DNA of 64,000 nt, taken from a phage. Within the stretch, counting starts at the first letter, position 1. The number at the start of each line of letters is the position of its first letter. Shown here piece after piece: positions 26,859 through 36,151 of the stretch. Made by a program: the position numbers and the translations under genes. Where the stretch lies: sequence record PZ445448.1. One strand, 5' to 3'. The notes under the pieces are model-generated. The model did no database searches. It saw nothing but the letters and a program-made list of their open reading frames with translations, and was not told the origin of the DNA.

Positions 26859-27149
26859 TTACAGATTGTTGTCGATAGTTTTTAAAATATCCACAGCAAG
26901 ATCTGCCATTTTTCGAACATACTCTGCAAACTCAACAGGATCCTTGATCAAAGAATTCACAGGGTCGTACCCTAGAGCGTTCAAAATGGCTGCAGCATCT
27001 ACAACCTTCTCATCATTTGCGAAGATCTCTCCATCAAACTTGTAGGTCCATTTTGAGTCAATCTTGGCAGGGAATGATTGGTCAACGCTTGTTACACCAT
27101 CCTTTTTAAACGCTCCGGTGTTATCAGTGTCTAGAACTAAATCCATCAT
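26859..27149 (-). CDS. hypothetical protein
   Basis: ORF in array. Confidence 0.45.
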   Translation of the reverse strand: MMDLVLDTDNTGAFKKDGVTSVDQSFPAKIDSKWTYKFDGEIFANDEKVVDAAAILNALGYDPVNSLIKDPVEFAEYVRKMADLAVDILKTIDNNL

Positions 27150-27166
27150 GTTAGTACCTCACCGTT

Positions 27167-27565
27167 TCAGTTTAGCTTTTCTTCAACAACCCCATAGCTC
27201 GGGACAGAGTCAAGAGCTTTCTGGTTTAAAAGTGGTGTAGCAGAATCTGCAAACGGTGTCCAAGTTTTTGTTCTGGCATTCCAGTAATGCTTCACTCTGG
27301 AATCTGGATGCACTATAACAAAAACTTTTTCACTTGTCAACACATTAATTTCTTCTACACCCTTGCTGATAATTTCTCCGTCATAGCCACCAGTCTGGTA
27401 TCCTTCGTACCAGGTTCTTGCATATGCATAGCCAGCCTGCCAGCATGCAGCCTCCTCCGAGGTGGAGACTACGTAGAAGTCTTTCTCAAATTCTGGGATA
27501 CGCCCTTGCTTTACGCTCCAAGCTCCGCGAATTTTCATTGTAACTTTGAACAGTTTATTTTTCAC
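27167..27565 (-). CDS. hypothetical protein, paralogue of 24965-25360
   Basis: shared motifs with 24965-25360. Confidence 0.45.
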   Translation of the reverse strand: MKNKLFKVTMKIRGAWSVKQGRIPEFEKDFYVVSTSEEAACWQAGYAYARTWYEGYQTGGYDGEIISKGVEEINVLTSEKVFVIVHPDSRVKHYWNARTKTWTPFADSATPLLNQKALDSVPSYGVVEEKLN

Positions 27566-27577
27566 AACGGTTACCCA

Positions 27578-27832
27578 TCACAGCTCTACAATCTCTGCAT
27601 CTGACCCTGCCCCAAAGGCATAATAGGATTCTTCCCCGAAATAATATTCCGGTGCACCAGCAGCGATCAGGTCTGATCCCAAGATAAACACCACGTTGTG
27701 GCCTACATAACTGTGATGTTGCCGCACAGGATCATCCCACGGCAACCCTTCAAAGTATACCGCAGGAACGACCTTTCCCTTCAGGAAGGATTGTCCCAAG
27801 TAGACGTTAGAATCAAGAATTTTAACCTTCAT
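27578..27832 (-). CDS. hypothetical small protein, MKVK family
   Basis: MKVKILDSNVYLGQ..LKGKVV....ILGSDLIAAGA..E.VEL paralogous to 27822-28049 and 31469-31702. Confidence 0.5.
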   Translation of the reverse strand: MKVKILDSNVYLGQSFLKGKVVPAVYFEGLPWDDPVRQHHSYVGHNVVFILGSDLIAAGAPEYYFGEESYYAFGAGSDAEIVEL

Positions 27833-28049
27833 TCTCGTCCTCCACTATCTCTACATCCTCACCAAGGGCAAAGTTGTAGGTCCACTGGCTGTCAAAGCAG
27901 TCCTGAGATGCACCAGCGGAAATAAGATCTGCACCTTTTATTTTTAAAAGGTCAGGATAATCTTCGTTAGGGATAGCGGTAAACACTTTCCCCACTAAGG
28001 GCTCCTGACCAATATAGAAGCTTGAATCTAAAACTTTAACTTTCATCAA
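27822..28049 (-). CDS. hypothetical small protein, MKVK family
   Basis: MMKVKVLDSSFYIGQ..LVGKVF....IKGADLISAGA. Confidence 0.5.
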   Translation of the reverse strand: MMKVKVLDSSFYIGQEPLVGKVFTAIPNEDYPDLLKIKGADLISAGASQDCFDSQWTYNFALGEDVEIVEDENEG

Positions 28050-28333
28050 CGGTCTCCCTCAGGCGGTTGTGGGACGTAAACACTGTTACGAATATCGTCA
28101 GCAGTGTAGTAATAAGTGGTTCCAACCCTATCTCGGGCTGCAATGTACTCTGCTATACCAATAAGTGCCATTGATTTGGTGGCGTATCTTCCCCACTCGT
28201 TAGCTCCCCAGTAGAATTTAGACCAGTAGGGAATAATACCGAACAAATATACCTTTTGACGAACTTCCCAGTAAGTGCCTTTTCCGACAAGTTTAAACTC
28301 TACTTCACTACTGTTAATCTTTTTCATTATCAA
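28046..28333 (-). CDS. hypothetical protein
   Basis: ORF in array. Confidence 0.45.
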   Translation of the reverse strand: MIMKKINSSEVEFKLVGKGTYWEVRQKVYLFGIIPYWSKFYWGANEWGRYATKSMALIGIAEYIAARDRVGTTYYYTADDIRNSVYVPQPPEGDR

Positions 28334-28626
28334 TCTCCCTCTACCGTGGTCGGATTGTCAGTAAGAAATTGAGCATTGGCTGGAGGCACGCCTGACATTT
28401 TCCACACAACCATAAGTTTGTAACCAGGAACTCTATTAAGTGCAGATCGAGTAGAGTTTGTGCACGTATACTTTCGCTTTCCAAACCCGTTCTCCATCAT
28501 AATCCAGTACCCAGTATCTTTGTCACCAGGTATCGGTAGACCACCTTCATCAACCCACTGAATGGACCACGGCACGATGGCTACAGCTTTATATTTAAAC
28601 TTTTTAAACCACTCAAAAAGTTTCAT
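28330..28626 (-). CDS. hypothetical protein
   Basis: ORF in array. Confidence 0.45.
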   Translation of the reverse strand: MKLFEWFKKFKYKAVAIVPWSIQWVDEGGLPIPGDKDTGYWIMMENGFGKRKYTCTNSTRSALNRVPGYKLMVVWKMSGVPPANAQFLTDNPTTVEGD

Positions 28627-28721
28627 AATTCAGCCTCGCATAGACATAATCACTATAAACAGGCAAACAATGAATCCGAATGCCACGCCACCCATAAACG
28701 TTAATATTGATGCAATCATAG

Positions 28722-28907
28722 TCAATCAGCCTCGCTTGGCAACTCTTCTACCTTAACATGCCGAAAAGTGTTACCGTAATGGTTGATCCATGACATCAGC
28801 TCGCTTTCTTGCTCTTCCTCTGGGATGAACTCTCGAATGCTGACAAGTTTTAAGAAAACCCAATCACAATCTGCACCCATTCTACCAGACAGGCAATAGT
28901 GCTTCAT
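28722..28907 (-). CDS. hypothetical small protein (start at MKHYCLS)
   Basis: AGGTGGGGG SD before internal ATG. Confidence 0.4.
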   Translation of the reverse strand: MKHYCLSGRMGADCDWVFLKLVSIREFIPEEEQESELMSWINHYGNTFRHVKVEELPSEAD

Positions 28908-28923
28908 AAAACCCCCACCTGGT

Positions 28924-29118
28924 TTAGAATATTGCTTCTTCCATTGCACCTGAGAGCAACAAAGAGGTGATCTGGCTAACATTCATCTCAGACTCTACTT
29001 CCTCCCCTTTGAAAGGTTCGCGGCAGAATAGGACTGTTTCAGGACTTTTACTTCGAACAATATAATACAAATCATTCAATGTGTTGTAGTAATAAGTGTT
29101 AAAACGTAAGTTTTTCAT
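28924..29118 (-). CDS. hypothetical small protein
   Basis: ORF in array. Confidence 0.4.
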   Translation of the reverse strand: MKNLRFNTYYYNTLNDLYYIVRSKSPETVLFCREPFKGEEVESEMNVSQITSLLLSGAMEEAIF

Positions 29119-29402
29119 TTTCTAGTCCCCTTCTTAGATTTTTGTGTAGAAACGCTTTCTGCAATACGAGACAAACGTTCTTCTGAAGCCTTGCCTATTC
29201 CAGGTTTTTTGAGTGGGTTATCTTTATGACCACAATCCAATTGGATATTGGATACCTCTCCAACCTTGTAAGTCAATTCTAGCAAAAGGTTGTCGTCCTT
29301 GTCAAATGTTCTTACGATAAATTTTTTATCGTTCTCCTGAACTTCGTATCGGGTACCCGCAGTATACAGCATGGTGCCATCCGCATAGGATATCCAGATC
29401 AT
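29115..29402 (-). CDS. hypothetical protein
   Basis: ORF in array. Confidence 0.45.
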   Translation of the reverse strand: MIWISYADGTMLYTAGTRYEVQENDKKFIVRTFDKDDNLLLELTYKVGEVSNIQLDCGHKDNPLKKPGIGKASEERLSRIAESVSTQKSKKGTRK

Positions 29403-29746
29403 TGAACCTCCTTCTGCTGCAACAGCATTAACTCTTTGTTGGAGATTTTTACTGCTGTTTTTATTGTTCCATCTTCACGAAACCACGACCAGAACTCTAC
29501 AGTGTCCCCACTGTCAAGCAAAGCATACCCGTGGTAGAAGTCTTTGTCCTTAGACAGTTTCTCATCTATGTCTGCATCGACACATTCGTGATCCATAGCA
29601 TTTTGCCTGAATGCATCGGTTATACCAATGCACGCCTTGCTCTCAAGACTGGTATATCCGATATCTTTTAATTCAGTTTCCCAAGTCCAGTACCCTATAA
29701 AAGCTAAAACAGCTACCCACATTAATAACGTTTTAATCTTTGGCAT
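29399..29746 (-). CDS. hypothetical exported or membrane-anchored protein
   Basis: N-terminal hydrophobic segment LLMWVAVLAFIGYW. Confidence 0.45.
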   Translation of the reverse strand: MPKIKTLLMWVAVLAFIGYWTWETELKDIGYTSLESKACIGITDAFRQNAMDHECVDADIDEKLSKDKDFYHGYALLDSGDTVEFWSWFREDGTIKTAVKISNKELMLLQQKEVQ

Positions 29747-29808
29747 TCTCTCTACCTCTTTCTTAGTTTATTTCACTATGGCACATCCTTTGTGCCATAT
29801 CTCAACCA

Positions 29809-30270
29809 CTACTTAAATAGTAGTCCAAAATAGTGCAAAATTAACAGAAGTTGAACTACACCTAGTGCAACGGCGAGTATGTTAATCTTAGAATCGAAAA
29901 ACTTCTTAACTTTTACTCTAAAAGGTTCCTTAATGTCCTTTACGATCCTATTTATAGATGATTTCATATCCCTGATTACCATCCTAAACATTAGAGACGG
30001 ATCTTCCTTCTCTGTAATAGAATCGAAAACATACTCTCTTCGGTCATAAGGACCTCCAGATCTGCGTATTAACCTCTCCACAGAGACCTCGTACGACACA
30101 CCTGTAACGTAATCATCTATGATAAGTAGTGACGGGTCTTTATCGTCCAAGGGTATTAAAGTTATCTTTCCAGATTTTGTTAAAATTTCCCCTTTTTCAA
30201 GCAAGGTGTACCAATGCTCTCTGCCAAGACTGTTGAGGCACGTTTTTACATATTTAACAAACATCGTCAC
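29809..30270 (-). CDS. hypothetical protein with C-terminal TM helix
   Basis: C-terminus ILAVALGVVQLLLILHYFGLLF. Confidence 0.45.
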   Translation of the reverse strand: MTMFVKYVKTCLNSLGREHWYTLLEKGEILTKSGKITLIPLDDKDPSLLIIDDYVTGVSYEVSVERLIRRSGGPYDRREYVFDSITEKEDPSLMFRMVIRDMKSSINRIVKDIKEPFRVKVKKFFDSKINILAVALGVVQLLLILHYFGLLFK

Positions 30271-30452
30271 CCCTCATCGCACGTCTGATATAACCACTCT
30301 ATAAAATCTTGATACCATTCGCCCTCTGAGCGCTCCGTAGGCCAATAATCTTCACCCTCTCGTGCATTAAAATCTGAGTATTCAACTTTCCACTCCTTTA
30401 CCAGCTCGTGGAGAAGGTTTTCAGCCTGCTCTAAAGATTTATTTTTTACCAT
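30267..30452 (-). CDS. hypothetical small acidic protein (start at second ATG)
   Basis: AAGGAG SD before second ATG. Confidence 0.4.
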   Translation of the reverse strand: MVKNKSLEQAENLLHELVKEWKVEYSDFNAREGEDYWPTERSEGEWYQDFIEWLYQTCDEG

Positions 30453-30671
30453 TGCTGTCTCCTTTTTCAAGATAGTTATACATCAGAACTGCACCACCTA
30501 AGATGGCTACCAGTAACAATACCCCAGATAGCATCTCAATAAACATGGCTTGAAACACTGGAAGGCCTCCCTAAATTAACGCACCATTTTAAATACATGC
30601 TCTTTTCCCATAAAGGTGCCTGGCTAAGATCTGCGTAGAACGCAATCTCTTTAAGAACAGTATAAACAGTT

Positions 30672-30908
30672 TTAGGTGCGGTCTCCATCCCTACCCTCCT
30701 TTTTCTCCTTACGGATATTCTTGTAGTAATCAACCAAGCACATTATCACGATGAAGATAACAACAGGCCAAAAAGGTGCAGCAGTGATGATGGTGATAAA
30801 ATCATCAAACTTCACCCTTCGTCTGGACACGATGCATACACCTGTCAAGAATACCGCTGTTATAACGGACATTACCAGGTAACCTATTAGCACAACATTT
30901 ATACTCAT
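30672..30908 (-). CDS. hypothetical membrane protein (2 TM)
   Basis: two hydrophobic segments. Confidence 0.4.
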   Translation of the reverse strand: MSINVVLIGYLVMSVITAVFLTGVCIVSRRRVKFDDFITIITAAPFWPVVIFIVIMCLVDYYKNIRKEKKEGRDGDRT

Positions 30909-30938
30909 TGGTCCTCCCTTTGTAGGTTAAATTGTATA

Positions 30939-31472
30939 CTACAAATGGTCGCTGAGGGTGTCAAGAAAATTATCCCGTTCTTTCTCAGAGTTTTCATGTG
31001 TGTAGCTGAAAAACATATCGAGAATAACCTTATTGATATATTCCAGCTCCTCTGTGTTCAGATGCTTAGCAGGATCTACAATGACATCCCAAATATCATA
31101 CAGACCGCACTCATGATACCCATAACGCCACTCAATTGTCAAGCTGAGCGGCAAATCTTTACCTTCACAAACAACCTTCCATCTACATATGTTGGTATCT
31201 GGTCGTACCTGTGCACGGTACACCTGCACAAAATCCAATTTGAATTTGAGGTACTCGTCATACAATTTAAGCACAAAGCTCTCGATTTGTGGAGACACTT
31301 TTGCAGCAAACTGTGCGTATTTGTACTTGCACTGGATGATCTTTCTGCGTTTTGCAGTTAAATTTTTTGCCGCCAGTTGTTCTTCAGTGTATCTCCACCT
31401 ACGATCAACAAACGCAACAGGGTCTTTGTCCCCATAGAGGTCTTCCCAGTTAATCAGAAGCATACCTGTCAC
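30939..31472 (-). CDS. hypothetical protein
   Basis: ORF in array. Confidence 0.45.
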   Translation of the reverse strand: MTGMLLINWEDLYGDKDPVAFVDRRWRYTEEQLAAKNLTAKRRKIIQCKYKYAQFAAKVSPQIESFVLKLYDEYLKFKLDFVQVYRAQVRPDTNICRWKVVCEGKDLPLSLTIEWRYGYHECGLYDIWDVIVDPAKHLNTEELEYINKVILDMFFSYTHENSEKERDNFLDTLSDHL

Positions 31473-31702
31473 TCCTCCACAACTTCAAGGCCTTTACCGC
31501 CTCGCTCTGGCAGATTACTTAAAGATAGGTAATACATATAATCAGGAGAGATCCTGCCAGACTCTGCACCTGCAGCTAGTAAATCCTTCCCTTTAACCAG
31601 GACAACATTCTCGTTTGCAGATAGCCGTTTTGCTTCCACAATTTTACCAACACAGTCAACCAAGGAAGGGTACCCTAAATCTGTAAGAAATTTAACTTTC
31701 AT
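31469..31702 (-). CDS. hypothetical small protein, MKVK family
   Basis: MKVKFLTDLGYPSL..VGKIV....VKGKDLLAAGA..LEVVEE. Confidence 0.45.
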   Translation of the reverse strand: MKVKFLTDLGYPSLVDCVGKIVEAKRLSANENVVLVKGKDLLAAGAESGRISPDYMYYLSLSNLPERGGKGLEVVEE

Positions 31703-31739
31703 GCTACCTCCTACCTACCGTCCCTGGTAAGATAAATTA

Positions 31740-32138
31740 TTACTGAACAGAGCGCGGTGCTGGGAAGGATAACTCTTCTAAAGAGAAGATTTCATTTCCT
31801 ACCACCCAAGTTGCTGGGTCATCTGGATCAACAGGTTGGATAATCATTACCTCATCCGCCTCGCACACACGTTTCCCACCCATAGTAGCGTCAGCCACTA
31901 ACATACGCGGCTCTTCAGAAATGCACAGGTAGCCACCTCGGCCCACTGTTCCTTCCACGGGATCCTGCCCTTTGACCACAATGAATACCTTCTCTCCTGT
32001 GGAGATATTACTTTTCACACTAACAGTTTGACCAACTTTAGATGTACCGATCTTGGTGGCTTCAAACATTAAATCCCGAATTACTGTTGCATAGTTGCCG
32101 GACACTTTCTTACCTTCTTTAGTAATCTCAATCTTCAT
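31740..32138 (-). CDS. hypothetical protein
   Basis: ORF in array. Confidence 0.45.
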   Translation of the reverse strand: MKIEITKEGKKVSGNYATVIRDLMFEATKIGTSKVGQTVSVKSNISTGEKVFIVVKGQDPVEGTVGRGGYLCISEEPRMLVADATMGGKRVCEADEVMIIQPVDPDDPATWVVGNEIFSLEELSFPAPRSVQ

Positions 32139-32410
32139 AATCTAGGCTCCTTAAATGAATCTATGTAATCAATTAAATCCCAAGCATCGCGATGGGCTGT
32201 CAGAGGGTATACTTCTCCGAGAGGGATCATAGCAATAAGTCTATCAAAAACCCAGTCTGGACGCAACATTTTATGGTGATATTCCCACTCACCTTCCACA
32301 GATTTTTTCTGAGTGATCAGGATCTCTGTGTAGTGTTTCGCCTGTCTTGAGTAGATTGAAAATGACTTGTACATAAATGACCCCCTCTTGTTGAAAACAA
32401 CAATACACAA
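32135..32410 (-). CDS. hypothetical protein
   Basis: ORF in array. Confidence 0.45.
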   Translation of the reverse strand: MCIVVFNKRGSFMYKSFSIYSRQAKHYTEILITQKKSVEGEWEYHHKMLRPDWVFDRLIAMIPLGEVYPLTAHRDAWDLIDYIDSFKEPRL

Positions 32411-32725
32411 CTACCAGGTTACTGTCAAGTAGGCAACCGTATTATTTTTCTCTGGGGAGATGCCAACAACATCTACCTGCAGACCTCCTGCTCTTAAATC
32501 TCCAACAATGTGCGGGAAGTAATCTGAGAGATGCGAGGGTAGATTTATCGAAAATCCGCACCCCAGAAAGCCTGCTAACGCTTTATTTTGTATCTCCCCT
32601 ACAATCGCATCATAAATGGAGTTAAGCTCGTCAGGGAGCGTTACAGGGCGTTTTAGCGCTAGCTGGTGTAATTTGTCCTTAGCACTCATTTTCATTTCAG
32701 GTCTACCTCTGGGGGTGCCAACCAC
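32411..32725 (-). CDS. hypothetical protein
   Basis: ORF in array. Confidence 0.45.
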   Translation of the reverse strand: MVGTPRGRPEMKMSAKDKLHQLALKRPVTLPDELNSIYDAIVGEIQNKALAGFLGCGFSINLPSHLSDYFPHIVGDLRAGGLQVDVVGISPEKNNTVAYLTVTW

Positions 32726-33225
32726 ATAAACGGCGGCAAGTCTAAACGGTTTTTCTTATCCCACACAAAATATGCATATGCTTGCCCGTCAGTTCTGCCG
32801 TTTGATTGAAATGATGGACGCTTAGATATTGTGATCACAGTAGTAGGTGCATTATCAAGCCACCATTCAAATCTGGCTTTGCTTTCCAGAAAATTAAGAC
32901 GCAAAAGCATAATAACTACGTCAGCATCTTTCAACGCCTTGTCTACAAACTCACGAGCCAGGCTGTATGGTGGGTTGGTGATAATACAGTCAACATGGTT
33001 GTATTCTGTATTCAGATAGTCAACACCTTCTTGTATTTCTCCCCATGCAGATCCTAACGGCATACGGGAGTAGAACACACCTGAGGCACTATTCCTGCAA
33101 GGCTCTAAGTAGGTCCAGTCTTCTGGGAACGGAATAAGGTCATACAGCCCTTCTGCACACCACTCCGGTGTCACATACTCATCGTAGGCGTTACGTTGTT
33201 CATCAGGTTTTCTAGCACAAGTCAT
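32692..33225 (-). CDS. putative small N6-adenine methyltransferase-like protein
   Basis: catalytic-type motif ITNPPYS. Confidence 0.4.
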   Translation of the reverse strand: MTCARKPDEQRNAYDEYVTPEWCAEGLYDLIPFPEDWTYLEPCRNSASGVFYSRMPLGSAWGEIQEGVDYLNTEYNHVDCIITNPPYSLAREFVDKALKDADVVIMLLRLNFLESKARFEWWLDNAPTTVITISKRPSFQSNGRTDGQAYAYFVWDKKNRLDLPPFMWLAPPEVDLK

Positions 33226-33240
33226 GCAAATCTCCAGATC

Positions 33241-33264
33241 ATAAAAGCCCTCCGAAGAGGGCTT
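33241..33264 (-). terminator. intrinsic terminator (minus strand)
   Basis: AAGCCCTCTTCGGAGGGCTT followed by TTAT on minus strand. Confidence 0.5.
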
Positions 33265-33276
33265 TAGAATTAATGT

Positions 33277-34326
33277 TTAAGCTTCTTCGACAATTCCTGC
33301 ACCCAGGATTTTTTCATTGAGCTCTTTTGCTGTTTTAATAATATTGTCCACCAGACGCTTGCGAGTCTTATCTTTCACCTTAACCTCTTCACCGCCGTTC
33401 AGAGTAGTCTTCAATTGAGACAGAATATCCTGAAGTTCAACGACAGAGAATCTCTGCAGATCTTCTGAAGTAATCTCACTCAGGGCAATTCTGACGGTCT
33501 CGCCACTTTCCATCTGCAGATTCAGGAACACAGTGTGAACATCACCTTTCGAACCACCCGCTTTTGCAGATTCAACAGCATGAACTAACTCATCTAAAGA
33601 TGTGCACTGGTGAATCTCCGGAAGACCTGCTTCACCTAACACGCCTTCTTCATCACCTTTTGCCAGAAGCTTTTTCGGTTTTTGTCCGTTCTGGATGCGT
33701 TGTATGTTGCCTTCATCCAGAATAATAGCTCCAGTGCGTGCTGCCAGCTCTTCTCCGTCCAACCACACTTCGCCACCAGCTGTGATGGATGCGATCTCAT
33801 CTTCTGTCAGCACCCCACCGTAGTATTTTTCGATCAGGCGTTCAAAACGTTTTTTCCAGTAGCTGACCTGAGTATTCATGTTCACACCGTTACCATAAGT
33901 GCCACCTTGATAGTAGTGGAACATAAACTCTGTGTCCGGAGCCACAGTACGTTCTTTACAACCAAGCCATAAGATTGTTCCAGCAGAGCAGCACATCCCT
34001 TCAGCATGTGCAACAACGCTTGCCTGAGACTCTCGGAATGCCTGCAGATAAGCCATTGCAATGTTCACGCAACCCCCAGGGCTATTGATGATCACCCGAA
34101 TGCTTTCTTCCGGCTGAGCCATACGGATCGTCTGCAGACGAGACATATGATCTTGTAAGTCTTCCAAATCGTCGATATAAAGAACGTGGTCAACAACAGG
34201 TGTTGGGTAGCTGTATGTTTCCATGATACCGCCCGGCATACCAAACATTTTATTACTCATAGGTTCGAAACCGTTCTGTTTTTCTTTCATGCCGTGTACC
34301 ATGGTTCTGCGAGGTGTTAAATTCAT
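33277..34326 (-). CDS. ClpP-family serine peptidase with about 150-aa C-terminal extension
   Basis: INSPGG and MCCSAG(T) align with ClpP INSPGG and AASMG; downstream His in FHYYQ. Confidence 0.55.
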   Translation of the reverse strand: MNLTPRRTMVHGMKEKQNGFEPMSNKMFGMPGGIMETYSYPTPVVDHVLYIDDLEDLQDHMSRLQTIRMAQPEESIRVIINSPGGCVNIAMAYLQAFRESQASVVAHAEGMCCSAGTILWLGCKERTVAPDTEFMFHYYQGGTYGNGVNMNTQVSYWKKRFERLIEKYYGGVLTEDEIASITAGGEVWLDGEELAARTGAIILDEGNIQRIQNGQKPKKLLAKGDEEGVLGEAGLPEIHQCTSLDELVHAVESAKAGGSKGDVHTVFLNLQMESGETVRIALSEITSEDLQRFSVVELQDILSQLKTTLNGGEEVKVKDKTRKRLVDNIIKTAKELNEKILGAGIVEEA

Positions 34327-34386
34327 GAGAAATCCTTAATATTGGAAGTTGAAAGCTATTTATTTAAACCTGATTCACATTTACCT

Positions 34387-34698
34387 TTATTTAGCAATCA
34401 CTATGGAATACTTACGATTGTCAGAAGCATCACAACTCAATGATTGCCAGTCTACCACATACCACGTATCATTGTCAACAATTACTTTATCGCCTGTTCT
34501 GTAGCAGGTACTGCTTTCAATAATCCGAGACTCGATAAAGAATCTGTGTCGGCGCTCACGTAGCAACGCTAAGTTGATTATATTACCACCACTGTCCTTG
34601 ATCCACACATTCTTGGATCCTTTATTTGCCAAAATTGTCTCGCCGTTGTAGACAAACAGGCAGTATATTTTATTCAGTTTCTCTTGTATTGTAGCCAT
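34387..34698 (-). CDS. hypothetical protein
   Basis: TTGACA..TATTAT promoter on minus strand upstream. Confidence 0.45.
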   Translation of the reverse strand: MATIQEKLNKIYCLFVYNGETILANKGSKNVWIKDSGGNIINLALLRERRHRFFIESRIIESSTCYRTGDKVIVDNDTWYVVDWQSLSCDASDNRKYSIVIAK

Positions 34699-34799
34699 AC
34701 TGTCCTTCTCTCTGTTTTGTCCGATAATAATATCTAAAGCTTACCTATTTGTCAACAACTGTTTTAGATATTTAAGGGTGGAATAACCACCCTTCTGTA

Positions 34800-35588
34800 T
34801 TACTCGGAAACAGGGGTCCAAATATGATTTGCACGATCCTCAATAAGATTGAGTGCGATCTGACGACCCAACCCGGAACGAACGACATCGTCTGGACTAT
34901 CAAAGCTGATCATTCCAACCTCAGGATCTGGATGACGAGTAAAGAAATCCGTCACCCATGCAAGGCCAGATTTACCAGGGATGTCACGTTGGCTATTATC
35001 ACCCATAATTACAAGGGTGGCCTGATCAGAGATCCTTGTGATAATTGACAACATTTCTTCAGGGTTAGTTTGCTGTGCCTCGTCAATCAGGACAAAGCAT
35101 CGCTCATCGAAACTACGACCACGAATGCTTTCAACTTCACAAATCTCGATACGACTGTTCTGACCGTCTCCCAGCATTGCGGCAAAAGCACCTTTGCCAA
35201 CACGACGACAAATCGTGTCCATCATGCTTCGAAGATAGGGCCACAGTTTCTGCATTGCATTTCCGGGTTTAAATCCTGAAGTCTTTCCTGTCTGGACGTA
35301 AGGACGTGCAACAATGATCTTATCAATCTCGTTCTTACGCAGAAGATCACCTGCATATGCAGATGCCATAAATGTCTTACCGGATCCAAACACACCGTTT
35401 ACAATAATAATCTTACGTGACCCTAGATAATCAAGATACTTTTGCTGCTTCTTATTCATTGGTCGGAGAGCTGGAGCGGTGTGCTCTCTTTCGTCAGCAA
35501 ATTTCTCAGCAGCCTTACGCAGGCGATCAGATTTGCGAGCCTCTCTAGCTTCATCACGCATGCGTTTTGTTTCTTTAGCTCGACCCAT
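34800..35588 (-). CDS. phoH: PhoH-like ATPase
   Basis: Walker A GVFGSGKTF and overall PhoH-like layout. Confidence 0.75.
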   Translation of the reverse strand: MGRAKETKRMRDEAREARKSDRLRKAAEKFADEREHTAPALRPMNKKQQKYLDYLGSRKIIIVNGVFGSGKTFMASAYAGDLLRKNEIDKIIVARPYVQTGKTSGFKPGNAMQKLWPYLRSMMDTICRRVGKGAFAAMLGDGQNSRIEICEVESIRGRSFDERCFVLIDEAQQTNPEEMLSIITRISDQATLVIMGDNSQRDIPGKSGLAWVTDFFTRHPDPEVGMISFDSPDDVVRSGLGRQIALNLIEDRANHIWTPVSE

Positions 35589-35626
35589 GTTGGGACTCCT
35601 TTCAGATTGAGATGTGCCAAGTACTT

Positions 35627-35977
35627 TTACTGCAACAGTTTTTCAATAGCCGCTTCCATGCTGCTTGCAACAGCCTGAACTCGGATATTCATCTCTTCTT
35701 GGTGGATCAGCTCCTTAAGCTCTTTAATGGTAAATTCTTTAGAGAAACCTTCCACCATAATCTTGTGCAAAGATTCTTGCGTGTCTACTTGCAAGAACTT
35801 TTCCAGTTTGTTGGCAGAGGCTTCTAAATCAGCCCGAATACGAGGGTCATCTGTGCGATTCAGCATTAGGCGTAAGCCATCAAGATTAGTAGAAATAGCA
35901 TCTGCATGTTGAGTAACTAACCGTGGCAAAATGATGTCTACAAACTTATTAGCCAAATCGATACGTTCTTGTGTCAC
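35627..35977 (-). CDS. hypothetical protein (GTG start)
   Basis: ORF overlapping upstream stop. Confidence 0.4.
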   Translation of the reverse strand: MTQERIDLANKFVDIILPRLVTQHADAISTNLDGLRLMLNRTDDPRIRADLEASANKLEKFLQVDTQESLHKIMVEGFSKEFTIKELKELIHQEEMNIRVQAVASSMEAAIEKLLQ

Positions 35978-36087
35978 TGTTGCACCCCCTCTTCATCTTC
36001 ATGATGTTTCTTTTCACGCTTGTGTTTTTTCTTAAGCTCAAGCGCAATCTCTTTCTTGTACGCCTTCTTCAAGGCTTTTTTAGCCAT
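35974..36087 (-). CDS. small basic protein (37 aa, Lys-rich)
   Basis: GAGGAGGTGCCAA-ATG; below ORF-track size cutoff. Confidence 0.4.
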   Translation of the reverse strand: MAKKALKKAYKKEIALELKKKHKREKKHHEDEEGVQQ

Positions 36088-36118
36088 TTGGCACCTCCTC
36101 TGCTTTCATTTTACGATA

Positions 36119-36148
36119 ATTATACCTATCTAAACAAAGCTTTGTCAA
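36119..36148 (-). promoter_or_regulatory. sigma70 promoter TTGACA-N18-TATAAT (minus strand)
   Basis: consensus hexamers upstream of 36087 start. Confidence 0.5.
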
Positions 36149-36151
36149 CAA

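Noticed and set aside
30438-30546. 36-aa hydrophobic minus-strand ORF overlapping the start of 30267-30452
   Set aside because: Its nearest SD-like sequence is about 19 nt from the ATG, and it overlaps a better-supported gene.
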